This document shows, in pieces, positions 41,222 through 54,922 of a stretch of DNA of 64,000 nt. Location: assembly GCA_964016885.1 (NCBI GenBank), contig OZ024742.1, positions 95,914,001-95,978,000 on the forward strand. The letters are read 5' to 3'. Origin of the DNA: Eledone cirrhosa. Its lineage: Eukaryota. Every line of letters starts with the position of its first letter. Position 1 is the stretch's first letter. A program made the position numbers and the translations under genes. The notes under the pieces were generated by a model. That model saw nothing but the letters and a program-made list of their open reading frames with translations, searched no databases and was not told the DNA's origin.

Positions 41222-41276
<55 letters not shown>

Positions 41277-41287
41277 GTATGTATGTA

Positions 41288-44200
41288 TGCTGGGAATACA
41301 CGAGCAACTCTGAATCAATAGATGAAATATGAATCTGCGAGCTACCAAGCACCCACGTGAAGCGCCAACCCAGGACCCTCCCCTACGAGTGTCGACAAAT
41401 GCCCAAAACTCCGAGTTGGTACCATCAATGTAGGCTCAATGAAAGGAAGAGCAGGAGAAATCGTAGAAATGCTAGAGCGAAAGGAAGTTGATGTATGCTG
41501 TGTGCAAGAGACTAGATGGAGAGGAGGGTCTGCTAGAGTCCTTGTAGGAAAAAGCCAGTGCTACAAATTTTTCTGGGTGGGAAATGACGATGGGAGGGGT
41601 GGTGTAGGTATACTATTAGCTTACAAGTGGGTAGATAAAGTAATCTCAGTGTACAGGGTAAATGCAAGAATCATTAAACTCAGACTAGTCCTGAATAAGA
41701 CAATTACCACAATAATATCAGCTTACGCACCCCAATCGGGGCTGCCAGACGAACTTAAGGATAGGTTTTACGAGTCCCTAATACACACTACTGCTCTAAC
41801 AGACGACAAGGACTTCCTAATCATTGCAGGAGATTTTAACGGACACGTAGGTAAACACTGCGACGGCTTCAATAGAGTACATGGAGGCCATGGAGTTGGC
41901 ACAAGGAATGAGGAAGGATTCAGACTTCTAGAATTCTGCGACGCCAATGACATGTCGATATGTAACACAAACTTTAAAAAACCCGACAACCACCTGATCA
42001 CCTATAGATCAGGGGAGCACTCTAGTCAGTTAGATTTTATCCTCATCAGAGGACGTGACAGATGGACGGTCGTAAACACAAAAGCCTTCCCTAGTGAGGA
42101 ATGTACATCCCAACATAGCTTAGTTGTCAGCGACCTCACGGTCAGAACTAGACGAGCCCTGAAACAGAGGCCAACCTGGAGAAGAAAGATCTGGAAGCTG
42201 AAAGTCCCCTCAACCAGTAACAGATTTAAAGATATTTTACTCAACGCCTACGACAGTAAAGAAGAACAGATAGAGACATTTAACGTAGAAGAGAACTGGG
42301 AGTTCCTAAAAAATAACTTACTAGAGGCGACGGATGAGGTTTGTGGCTGGAGTAAGACCTCAAGCAGGAGGAGAGTGACTTGGTGGTGGAACAATAAGGT
42401 AGATGAAGCAGTCAAGGCCAAGAGACAGGCATGGAAAGAATGGAAGAACGGGGGGAGCAGGGTACATTACATAGAGACCAAGAGGGAAGCTAGGCGACAA
42501 GTATACTTAGCTAGGAGGGAAGCAGAGGATAGAAAATTCAAGCATGTTTTACAACATGAGGACCAGAAACAGGAGGTATTCAAGATTGCGAGGCAGTGTG
42601 TCAGAGATAGTTGTGATGTCATTGGAGAGAAGTGTATCCGGAATGATAAAGGTGAGCTTGCCCTCACAAGTGCTGAGAAGAAAGATGCATGGAAGAGTCA
42701 TTATGATAGATTACTAAATGAGGAGAATGCATGGGAAGAAGAGACCCTACCCCACGTAGACCCTATACAGGGACCAGCAGTACAAGTCAGCGGCAGCGTA
42801 GTAAGTAAGGCAATCAGAGATATGAAGATAGGGAAGGCAACCGGTCCATCGGGTATAGCTGCCGAGATGCTGAAGGCATCTGGGTCTGTAGGTCACACTA
42901 TAACCACACGTATCGTTAACCAGGTAATACTAGAGGGGGCCATACCAAAAGATTGGTGCAGTAGCATCATTGTCAACTGCTACAAAGGTAAAGGCGATGC
43001 ACTAGATAGAGGAAACTATAGAGGTATAAAGTTGATGGACCAGGTCATGAAAGTAACAGAAAGAGTTATAGCACAGCTGATTAGGGACCGGGTGAATATA
43101 GACGAGATGCAATTTGGGTTTGTACCAGGGAAAGGCACCACTGATGCCCTCTTCCTTGTGAGGCAATTACAGGAAAAGTACCTAGCTAAAAGTAAGCCAC
43201 TCTACTTGGCATTTGTCGACCTTGAGAAAGCCTTTGACAGAGTTCCACGTGCAGTAATCTGGTGGGCTCTTAGAAAACTAGGAGTAGATGAATGGCTTGT
43301 GAAAGCGGTACAAGCCATGTATAGGGGAGCAGTCAGCAAAGTTAGGATTGGCAATGAGTATAGCGAGGAATTTAGCGTACAGGTTGGGGTCCACCAGGGC
43401 TCTGTTCTTAGCCCTCTCCTGTTCATCATAGTCCTGCAGGCAATAACGGAGGAGTTTAAGACCGGATGCCTATGGGAACTCCTGTATGCTGATGACCTCG
43501 CACTCATAGCTGAATCTATGGTAGAACTAGAGAATAAATTCCAAACCTGGAAGCAGGGACTAGAGAGAAAGGGCCTCAAAGTCAACATGACAAAGACTAA
43601 GGTCCTTATAAGTAGACAAGAAAACAGAACCCAGATCCCCTCAGGGAAATGGCCTTGCTCAGTATGTAGGAAAGGTGTAGGTAGGAACTCCATTCTCTTC
43701 CCCAAATGCAAACAATGGGTACACAAGAGATGTAGCGGGATCTCAGGAAGCTTAATTAAGAATGTAGGATTCACATGCAGCAGCTGTGCTGAAACAGCAA
43801 GCAAACAGCCACAGGAAACAAGTACCACCAATCTCTGGGAGGGCCCTGTAGAAACAGTAGACAGCTTCTGCTACCTAGGTGACCGAATTAGCAACGGAGG
43901 TGGGTGCTCAGAAAGTACAATAACTAGGGTAAGAACGGGATGGAAGAAGTTTAGGGAACTACTACCACTGCTAGCTGCAAAAGGCTTCTCCCTCAGAATG
44001 AAAGGCAGACTGTATGATGCGTGTATCCGAACAGCGATGTTGCATGGTAGTGAGACCTGGGCGCTGAAGGTGGAAGACTTACGTAGATTAGAGAGAAACG
44101 AAGCCTGCATGCTCCGATGGATGTGTAACAGTAATATACGTGAACGACAAAGCATAAATGAATTGAGAGAGAGACTGAGCATAAGAGGAATCAAATGCTG

Positions 44201-44759
44201 CGTGCAGGAGAGGCGGTTACGCTGGTATGGACATGTGATGCGTATGAAGGATGACAGCTGCATAAAAAGGTGCAGAGCACTAGAAGTTGATGGAAACCGC
44301 GGAGTGGGGAGACCCAAGATGACTTGGGATGAGGTGATAAAAGCCGACCTTACCCAACTACACCTCTCAAAGTCAATGACACACGACCGTGACTTCTGGC
44401 GTCACGCAGTAATACAGGGTACCCGACCTCCCATGGGTACATGCTGAAGCATATAAACAATATGCCCCCCCCCCCCCACCCACCCACCGCAAGGTGGTCG
44501 TGGAGGTGCCACGGCAAAAAAGCACCCAGCCCACACTGTAAAGTGGACGTGTAGGCGCCACGAAAAAGCACCCAGCACTCACTGTAAATGAGGTTGGTGT
44601 TAGGAAGGGCATCCAGCTGTAGAAATCAAGCCAGATCAGTTCCTGTATGAGCAAGGCATGGTCAGCCGACCAGACACTGCCCACAACAGGACAACCCGTC
44701 TAACCCATGCTAGCGTGGAAGAACGGACGTAAAACGGTGATGATGATGATGATGATGAT
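41288..44759 (+). mobile_element. Near full-length RTE LINE inserted in (TA)n
   Basis: Single APE-RT ORF, 3' UTR, (GAT)n tail. Confidence 0.95.
41439..44447 (+). CDS. RTE ORF: AP endonuclease, reverse transcriptase, Cys-rich finger (1002 aa)
   Basis: VQETRW, SAYAPQ, GDFNGH, QLDFIL, SQHSLV; NYRGIKL, FVDLEKAFDRV, GVHQGSVLSP, LLYADDL; WPCSVC..CKQWVHKRC..CSSC. Confidence 0.95.
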   Translation: MKGRAGEIVEMLERKEVDVCCVQETRWRGGSARVLVGKSQCYKFFWVGNDDGRGGVGILLAYKWVDKVISVYRVNARIIKLRLVLNKTITTIISAYAPQSGLPDELKDRFYESLIHTTALTDDKDFLIIAGDFNGHVGKHCDGFNRVHGGHGVGTRNEEGFRLLEFCDANDMSICNTNFKKPDNHLITYRSGEHSSQLDFILIRGRDRWTVVNTKAFPSEECTSQHSLVVSDLTVRTRRALKQRPTWRRKIWKLKVPSTSNRFKDILLNAYDSKEEQIETFNVEENWEFLKNNLLEATDEVCGWSKTSSRRRVTWWWNNKVDEAVKAKRQAWKEWKNGGSRVHYIETKREARRQVYLARREAEDRKFKHVLQHEDQKQEVFKIARQCVRDSCDVIGEKCIRNDKGELALTSAEKKDAWKSHYDRLLNEENAWEEETLPHVDPIQGPAVQVSGSVVSKAIRDMKIGKATGPSGIAAEMLKASGSVGHTITTRIVNQVILEGAIPKDWCSSIIVNCYKGKGDALDRGNYRGIKLMDQVMKVTERVIAQLIRDRVNIDEMQFGFVPGKGTTDALFLVRQLQEKYLAKSKPLYLAFVDLEKAFDRVPRAVIWWALRKLGVDEWLVKAVQAMYRGAVSKVRIGNEYSEEFSVQVGVHQGSVLSPLLFIIVLQAITEEFKTGCLWELLYADDLALIAESMVELENKFQTWKQGLERKGLKVNMTKTKVLISRQENRTQIPSGKWPCSVCRKGVGRNSILFPKCKQWVHKRCSGISGSLIKNVGFTCSSCAETASKQPQETSTTNLWEGPVETVDSFCYLGDRISNGGGCSESTITRVRTGWKKFRELLPLLAAKGFSLRMKGRLYDACIRTAMLHGSETWALKVEDLRRLERNEACMLRWMCNSNIRERQSINELRERLSIRGIKCCVQERRLRWYGHVMRMKDDSCIKRCRALEVDGNRGVGRPKMTWDEVIKADLTQLHLSKSMTHDRDFWRHAVIQGTRPPMGTC

Positions 44760-44898
44760 ATATATGTATGTATATATATATATATATATGTATGTATATA
44801 TATATATATGTGTATGTATATATATATATATGTATGTATATATATATATATGTATGTATATATATATATATGTATGTATATATATATATATATGTATG

Positions 44899-45003
<105 letters not shown>

Positions 45004-45179
45004 ATATATATATATAGTATTAAGGATACTATTTATGGTTATGTATACAATAAAACCTTTTATAGTTATATATATTTTAAACCCTAAATAGTGAAAGACA
45101 GTAATTCATTACTATCTTATTACCAGTAAGATAAATAGCTCAATGTAAGAACATCAGTTGTTTTACAGAGCAGTTATAT

Positions 45180-45647
45180 AGAAATTACATGAATCAAAGT
45201 TCAGTTTAAATCATTTATTTGCCTACAGTTGTTTCCTCCAAACCGAGGTTTGGATTCTTCGGACCAATTATTTAGTGATTTTTTACATACTTGACCTCCA
45301 TGTGAGACTGTTACATACACTGGCTACTCTAAACTTTCCTCTTGCTTTATCTTCATAAACTGCCTATGTTTTATTTTAATTTTAATTTTAATTTTAACTT
45401 TAAATTTGTCCTTTAATATGACTGTAATCTTTGTATGTAAATTGCCATGCTATATTATTATGATGGATGTCAACCCACTGTGGGTCAATATATACATATG
45501 TTTCTATATGTCTCTTGTGTTGAGAAGAAGGTCAAGTATATAAAAAAATCACTAAATAATTGCTCCGAAGACTTCAAACCTCAGTTTGGAGGAAACAATT
45601 TTAAGCAAATAAATGATTTAAACTGAACTTTGATTCATGTAATTTCT
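45180..45647. repeat. Inverted repeat (45180-45297 / 45529-45647) with a CCGAAGA-core hammerhead in each arm
   Basis: Plus 45560-45608: UUGCU-CCGAAGA-CUUCAAAC CUCA GUUUGGAG-GAAAC-AAUU-UUA-AGCAA. The minus copy ends GAAAC AACU GUA. Confidence 0.8.
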
Positions 45648-46111
45648 CTCTCTCTCTATATATATATATGTATGTATATATATATGTATGTATATATATA
45701 TATATGTATGTATATATATATATGTATGTATATATATATATGTATGTATATATATATATATATGTATGTATATATATATATATATGTATGTATATATATA
45801 TATTGTAAATGTGGTTGGTGTTAGGAAGGGCATCCAACTGTAGAAAACCCGCCAGACAGTCCTATGCGAGCAAGACAACCACTCTTGCCTCAAGTGGGAA
45901 AACCCCCGTCCAAACCCATGCAAGCGTGGAACACGGACGCTAAACCTGATGATGATGATGATGATATGTATATATATATATATGTATGTATATATATATA
46001 TATGTGTATGTATATATATATATGTATGTATATATATATATATAATTATTTATATATATATATGAATATATATATATATATATATATGTATGTATATATA
46101 TATATATATAT

Positions 46112-47735
46112 GAGGAAATGGCTAGACCATTTTAGGACCCTACTAGGAGAGCCACCCTCCACAGCCCAGAGCACTGGGGAGATCAGGTGGCTGTTTGAGG
46201 AACTGGATGTTGAGACAGAGCCCTTCACCAGAGAGGAGCTTCAGAGAGCCAAGAAGAAGATCAAGGAGGGCAAGGCTCATGGAGAATATGGAGTGGCATC
46301 AGAGGTGATGAAGAGGTGTGATTTTGATGATATCATCCTGGGGTTCTGTAACGGGGCACTGGAGAAAGGAGTTGCCCCGAATCAGTGGAGGATCAGTAAC
46401 ATCGTCCCAGTGCCAAAGAAGGGAGATCTCTCTAACACCAACAACTACCGGGGGATCTCACTGACGTCACTTGTGGCAAAGACCCTAAACAGGATGATTC
46501 TTAACAGGATCCAGCCTGAGATGGAGAAGAAGCTCAGGGACAACCAGAACGGCTTCAGAGAGGGTAGATCAACCACCAGTCACATCCTGATGCTGAGGAG
46601 GATATTAGAGGGAGCTAGAGCAAAGTGCCTTCCTGCGGTCATGGTTTTCATTGACTTTAGGAAGGCCTTTGATTCTGTGGACCGTTACTGCCTGATGAAG
46701 ATCTTACAGGCTTATGGAATCCCCAAGAGGATAGTGGACCTGATATCACTGCTCTACACCAACACCAAAGCCCAAGTCATTACACCTGATGGGATGACAG
46801 AGTTCTTTGAGATACTGGCTGGAGTGCTCCAGGGAGATACATTGGCTCCCTACCTTTTTATCATCGTAGTGGACTATTGTATGCGCCTTGCACTGGAGAA
46901 ACACCAGGACTCTGGCATTACTGTAGCACCGGCTCAGAGCAGGAGAGTTGGGGCGAAAAAGGTATTGGATGCTGAATTTGCCGACGACATAGTTTTGGTG
47001 ACAAATACAGTGAAGGAGGCAGAGGATTTGATGCGGGAGGTTGAGACTGTGTCGATGAGTGTGGGGCTGAGAATGAATGAGACTAAAACAAAATATCTGG
47101 TAGAGAATGTTGAGAAGCCAGAGGGGATCACTAATGTAGGCGGGAAGCCGCTGGAATTGGTTGAGGACTTCCTGTATTTGGGAGCAAAGATTGGGAATAC
47201 GGAAGATGATGTGGTTGAGAGGAAGAGCAAGACCTGGGCGGCGTGTCACAGCTTGAGATCGGTGTGGAAGTCGGACCTTCGTAGAGATCTGAAAATCCGC
47301 CTCTTCATTGCTGTAGTGGAGTCTGTGCTGCTGTATGGGTCTGAGACTTGGACACTGACCAAGAGACTCACTCAGATGCTGGATGGGTGCTACACGAGAA
47401 TGCTGAGGATGGCTCTGAACATTAATCAGTATACACTGAGGATGAAAAACTCAGAGCTGTATGGGAGCATCCCAAAAGTCAGCTCAAAAGTGACACAGAG
47501 AAGACTGAGGTTGGCTGGACATGCTCACCGACATCCAGAGTTGACATTGCACTCAGTGCTCCTTTGGGAGCCCCTACATGGACACACGAGAAGAGGAAGA
47601 CCAAGGTTAACATATGTTGATGCCCTAAGGACAGACACTGGTCTGTTGGAGATGCAGAATATAGCAGCGATAATGAGGGACAGAAACCGCTGGAGAGAAC
47701 TCGTCCATGGATCTCGGGAATTTTACCCGCCTTAG
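46112..47735 (+). CDS. 5'-truncated LINE (RTE-X/RTE-like) RT ORF, open, with (TAGA)n tail
   Basis: [64 protein letters not shown]. Confidence 0.9.
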
Positions 47736-47751
47736 ATAGATAGATATATAT

Positions 47752-47838
47752 ATGTTGGTTGTCCATCGTAAACGATGATGACATCTTCTTTATTTTAGTT
47801 CCCGTCTGTCGTGGGCTCGAATGTGGCTGTGGAGGCCA
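47752..47838 (-). mobile_element. Short 3' tail of the BovB-like LINE
   Basis: Reverse complement of about 41099-41183. Confidence 0.85.
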
Positions 47839-47876
47839 CCTATATATATATATATGTATGTATATATATATATATG

Positions 47877-47945
<69 letters not shown>

Positions 47946-47966
47946 ATATATATATTTATATATATA

Positions 47967-48868
47967 TACGAGGTGTTTCAGAAAGGTTCCAGGACTGATG
48001 TCACAAAAGATTTATTTCAAACTCAAACTTCACTAAGGAGTTTTCTCCTTCAAAGTTATCCCCCTGGAGTTTAATGCACATATCCATCCCTTTCTGCCAC
48101 GCTTGCATGCACTCCTGGAAAGATTCTTCCGGGATCCTCCGCAGTTGCGTCGTCATGGCCTTTTTGATGTCGTCTGAAGGCTTTGGCGTTTGGTTTTCGG
48201 GTCGTACTCGAAGATCCATGACTCATCACCGGTGATGACTGTCCTTAGAAGGTCTGGTTCAGTTTCAAGACGCTCGGGGATGTCCTGGCCTCACTTGCAT
48301 GCCTCGACCCTTCTGGTCATCGTTCAGCAGTTTTGGCACCATCTTCGCGCAGACTTTCCGCATGTCCAAATCTTCAGTGAGAATCTTCCAGACACTGTCC
48401 CGATTCATGCCCAGCTCATTTGCCATCAGTCGAACAGTCAGCCGACGATCGCTACGCACCATCTGCATGACGCGCTCAACGTTGACCTCTGTCCTGGTTG
48501 TTGAGGGCCTTCCGCTCCTGGAGTCATCTTCCACATTCTCGCGTCCTTCTTTAAACCTCTTGCACCACACAAAAACACGTGAGCGTGACATCGTCTCATC
48601 ACCATACACTTGCTGCAGCAATCCCAGTGCTTCTGACTGAGTCTTCCCCAACGGTACCAGAAACTTCAAGTTTGTTCGTTGCTCTGTACTCATTGCTTGA
48701 CGACCTGAAACAGAAGACATGTATATAAAATTATGAAGAAAAATGTTTGATCGCTGCAGAGAGCTAAGATTACAGTTACTTTGAAGGAGAAAACTCTTAG
48801 TGTGAAGTTTGGGTTTGAAATAAATCTTTTGTAACATCAGTCCTGGAACTTTTCTGACACACCTCGTA
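47967..48868 (-). mobile_element. Tc1/mariner DNA transposon, internally deleted
   Basis: ~88-bp TIRs TACGAGGTGT../..ACACCTCGTA in TA. Transposase HTH from MSTEQRTNLKF, then KVCAKMVPKLL and TGDESWIFEYDP, then a jump to the C-terminus; the second and third catalytic Asp are missing. Confidence 0.92.
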
Positions 48869-48880
48869 TATATATATATA

Positions 48881-49262
48881 TCATCATCATCATTTTACGT
48901 CTGCATTTCCCTGCTTTCAAGGGACTGATCAGAAACTGATTCTGGCTTGATTTCTTCAGTTTGATGCCCTTCCTAATACCAACTTCATTTACAGTGAGTG
49001 CTGGTAGCTTTTTTTCCGTGGCCCCTACACGTTCACTTTACAATGTGGGCTGGGTGCTTTTTTGCCGTGGTACCTCCACGACTACTTTGCAGTGGAATTG
49101 GAGGGACCTCAGTCCTATCATCTCATTTCTACAGCTGAGTAAACTGGAGCAATGTGAAATACAGTGTCTTGCTCAAGGAAACAACAGATCACCTGGCCAG
49201 AGAATTGAACTCACAACCTTTTGATTGCAAGGCCAATGCTTTATCCACTAAGCCATGTGCCT

Positions 49263-49264
<2 letters not shown>
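48881..49264 (-). mobile_element. Full-length CORE-type tRNA SINE (family B)
   Basis: tRNA head, CORE-like block, 3' part shared with the RTE 3' UTR at 44480-44759. Confidence 0.9.
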
Positions 49265-49323
<59 letters not shown>

Positions 49324-49418
49324 TATATGTATATATATATATGTATATATATATGTATATATATATATGTGTATATATATATGTGTATATATATATGTGT
49401 ATATATATATATGTATAT

Positions 49419-49480
<62 letters not shown>

Positions 49481-49482
<2 letters not shown>

Positions 49483-49680
49483 ATAATAATAATAATAATA
49501 ATAATTGTATCTACTTTAGGCACAAGGCCAGCAATTACCCAATACATTACTGGTACTTTATTTTATCGACCCCGTAAGGATGAAAGGCAAAGTTAACCTC
49601 GGCGGGATTTGAACTCAGACTGTAAAGGGACGTAACTATGCTAGAAAGGATGGCGTCCAACCCTCTACCGATACTGCCAA
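49481..49680 (-). mobile_element. Family-A SINE with (ATT)n tail
   Basis: Matches 6258-6443. Confidence 0.9.
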
Positions 49681-49835
49681 TAATAACAAATTTGAAGATT
49701 AAAATCAAAAGAGGGCTCCGATAAGGATAAATATATATCAAATATATAAGGGCCGTAAAGCAATATTTATTGAAATAAAAGATTAAAGATTAAGCAAAGA
49801 ATCGCTGCTTTCACCCTTAACGGAACTTCTGAAAA

Positions 49836-49902
<67 letters not shown>

Positions 49903-49905
<3 letters not shown>

Positions 49906-50989
49906 AACGGAAAAAATGAAACGAAATTTCATTTCTCACTCTTAGTACGGCTGTTACTTAAATATAAGTATGTATACGTACATACATATATGTATACAGA
50001 CGTACAGTAGTATGTATATATATATACATACATGCACACATATATATATATATATGTACGTATGGATTCACCGAACATTTATTATATTGCTCGGTGTGTT
50101 TGTAAACAAACATCCCGAATTAAGCCGTACAGTGTCTAGCAACCATCGTTGCTCATTTGTTCAACACTGACAAAGGAACGCTGTACTAGTTTCAAGCTTA
50201 TTAGCTAACGTCAGCAAAGTATACCTTCATGCCAGATGGTTGAACGGCTGAGCAGCCTAAGTTGCATATCGAGTGAGTTAATCGGCCGGGGTACCGAAAA
50301 CGATAAACGGAAAAAATGAAACGAAATTTCATTTCTCACTCTTAGTATGGCTGTTACTTAAATATAAGTATGTATACGTACATACATATATGTATACAGA
50401 CGTACAGTAGTATGTATATATATATATACATACATGCACACATATATATATATGTACGTATGGATTCACCGAACATTTATTATAATGCTCGGTGTGTTTG
50501 TAAACAGACAACCGAAATTAAGCCGTACAGTGTCTAGCAACCATCGTTGCTCATTTGTTCAACACTGACAATGGAACGCTGTACTAGTTTCAAGCTTATT
50601 AGCTATCGTCAGCAACGTATACCTTCATGCCAGATGGTTGAACGTCTGAAAGTATATACTTTCCTTATGCATATTAACGGCTGAGCAGCCTAATTTGCAT
50701 ATCGAGTGAGATAATCGGCTGGGGTACCGAAAACGATAAACGGAAAAAATGAAACGAAATTTCATTTCTCACTCGTAGTACGGCTGTTACTTAAATATAA
50801 GTATGTATACGTACATACATATATGTATACAGACGTACATGCACACATATATACATACATGCACACATATATATATGTACGTATGGATATACTGTACGTC
50901 TGTATACATATATGTATGTACGTATACATACTTATATTTAAGTAACAGCCGTACTAAGTGTGAGAAATGAAATTTCGTTTCATTTTTCC
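49903..50989 (-). mobile_element. Retrozyme-like tandem array: units 49903-50302, 50303-50735, partial 50736-50887, inverted end 50890-50989
   Basis: Head-to-tail 400/433-bp non-coding units, each complete unit with a minimal HHR. Confidence 0.8.
50576..50618 (-). ncRNA. Minimal type I hammerhead (second copy 50178-50220 has core A9 to U)
   Basis: ACGUUG-CUGACGA-UAGC UAAUAA GCUU-GAAAC-UA-GUA-CAGCGU. Confidence 0.85.
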
Positions 50990-51116
50990 TTTTCTAATTT
51001 GTGTTTATCAAATATATTAATTTCTATTAACTTGTATTACACGGCTCAGAAATACTTCTTTCTTTGAGCTATTTCATTGTAAAAGACTGCCTGACTTTTG
51101 AACTCATTATTATTGA

Positions 51117-51257
51117 TAGTTACGTCCCTTTACGATCTGAGTTCAAATCCCGCCGAGGTTGACTTTGCCTTTCATCCTTACGGGGTCGATAAAATAAAGT
51201 ACCAGTAATGCACTGGGTAATTACTGGCCTTGTGCCAAAAGTAGAAACAATTATTAT
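51117..51257 (+). mobile_element. 5'-truncated family-A SINE
   Basis: TSD-like ATTATTATTGATAGT on both sides. Confidence 0.85.
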
Positions 51258-51816
51258 TGATAGTATCACTGCTCCTTTGTTGAGCTGAATTACGCCCCAT
51301 ACAAACGGCTGTTATTTCTAGTAGCACGAGTATGTGACAGCTAGACACTGGATAACCGCGTGAAATACCATGTGCGTTAATCAGTCTTTCTAAATATTTT
51401 GAAGTGAAACATATCAATTGTTTTAGTGTTTGCTGAGGAGATCAAAATGCGGTATTCTTTCACTTTTTCATTATTCGAAACATATTTGGATTTTAACGTT
51501 TAAACCTGTCTACGGAACAGGTTTGATTTTGAAATTTAAATTTGTCCAAGCACTACGGCCATTGCCAATATGATTTGTTTTTATTGATTTATTATCTTAA
51601 ATCGAGACAGGCAAAATGTATTATTATTATTATTAGTATATTTCAATCTAGCTAACTTGGTCATTTACAATACAAACATGAATATGTTGGTATTTGTGTT
51701 TATCAAATATATTAATTTATATTAACTTGTATTACACGGCTCAGAAATACTTCTTTCTTTGAGCTATTTCATTTTAAAAGACTGCCTGAGTTTTGAACTC
51801 ATTATTATTGATAGTA

Positions 51817-53340
<1,524 letters not shown>

Positions 53341-54922
53341 GTGTGTGTATGTGTACCATGAATGGCCAATATTACTAATTGCAAATTGAAATCATGCTGC
53401 TTGAATCACTCTAAACCTGTGCTGTCAATCACCAGGGGACATAAAAATAGGGGTCGATTGTTTGAAGATCAATCAAATAGTCAGGGGTGAGGAGGTTAGT
53501 TTCTTCTCACCTTTATACTCTCACCTGTATTACCGTCTTCATGTGTGCCATGATTGCTGGATAGTTTTATACACATTTTATCGAAGTGATGGATCTATAA
53601 GCGAAATTAAATTCTAATCTATTTAGTGAGGGTATATTTGGTCTATTTATTTGCCTACCATTCTGTATCTATGTTCGTAACTGTAATGATTGAGTGTGCA
53701 TGTGTATTTTAAGATAAGTGTTATATGCATATGATGTACGAGTATATGAATGACATATATATACATGAAGAAATTCACATACTTATTCAAACATACACAC
53801 ACAAACATATCTAAATTTCTATACCATAAAGAGACTAGATTTCCACGTGTATATGTTTTGAATCTACTGACTCATCAATTGTGTGTTCATCTCTGCATCA
53901 TGTCATATTTTGTGTCTTAAACCTTTTGATTCCCTTAAAACTGCTCCTAGGTCTTTAATTTTTAAAGATATTTATTTTAAATTATTTGTATTTATGTACA
54001 TATCTTCCATCAATTTTATGTAAGAATCTAAATCACTCAAATTTCTTGATTATTTTAAAAATTATTCATAGTGTTTGGCATAGAATTTTCATGATGAACG
54101 GTTTTCAGTGATTATATTTATCTAAAGACTTTTCATCATAATTTTATGTACGATCCTTTATTATGCTATATTCCAAACAACAGCTTAATAATGAGAATAC
54201 ATTACTAAATCCCTCCAAAATCCTACATACATTATTGCATTCCATGTGTGATGATTAACCCTTATGATACAAACTCCTACAATCCATCATAATTTTCTGT
54301 AAAAAACTTTAATATATTAAATTATAAACACCAGTTTAACATTTTGTATGCCAAACTGCCTGAAACTGTCTTTGGTTTCATGATACAAAAATGTATATTT
54401 TAAGATATTTATGTTTATCTAAAACCCTTCTATCATAATTTTATATAAGGATCCTTTTGGAATTATGTTCCAGATATTAGTTTAATGCTGAAAATAGTGG
54501 TTATATTACTACATCCTTCTGAATTCTTTATTATTTTCAAAATTATTTGAATATCATTAGCAGTATTTTTCCTTAGAAAGATTGGTAACCAATAGGTGGA
54601 TTCTCATATAATCCTTGTGCCTCAGTGAGGGTAGATGTGAAATATAGTTTTCAGATGTTTAGAATGTCATACGTTAGCCCATTAAACATGTTGTACAGAC
54701 TGTGTATCATTGCATGCGTGTGGAGTTTAACTTTTATCTGATTAATGTGACTTTATTTGGGGGATAACTAACAATGAATAAGAGAGGCATATAAACATAG
54801 TCATATCAATGTATCTATCTAAGTAAATCACTGTAAATATGTTTAATTCTATGCTTTGCTGAGAAGGCCTAATGAGACTAAAATATGCTGAAATGATTAA
54901 GTGATTAAGATATTAGTCATTA

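Noticed and set aside
45864-46111. N-terminal part of the 623-aa ORF
   Set aside because: Chance in-frame read-through of a SINE/RTE tail and (TA)n. LINE coding sequence starts near 46112.
49903-50989. Tandem repeats as a CRISPR array
   Set aside because: Units are 400-433 bp with no unique spacers and no cas genes, in eukaryotic context.
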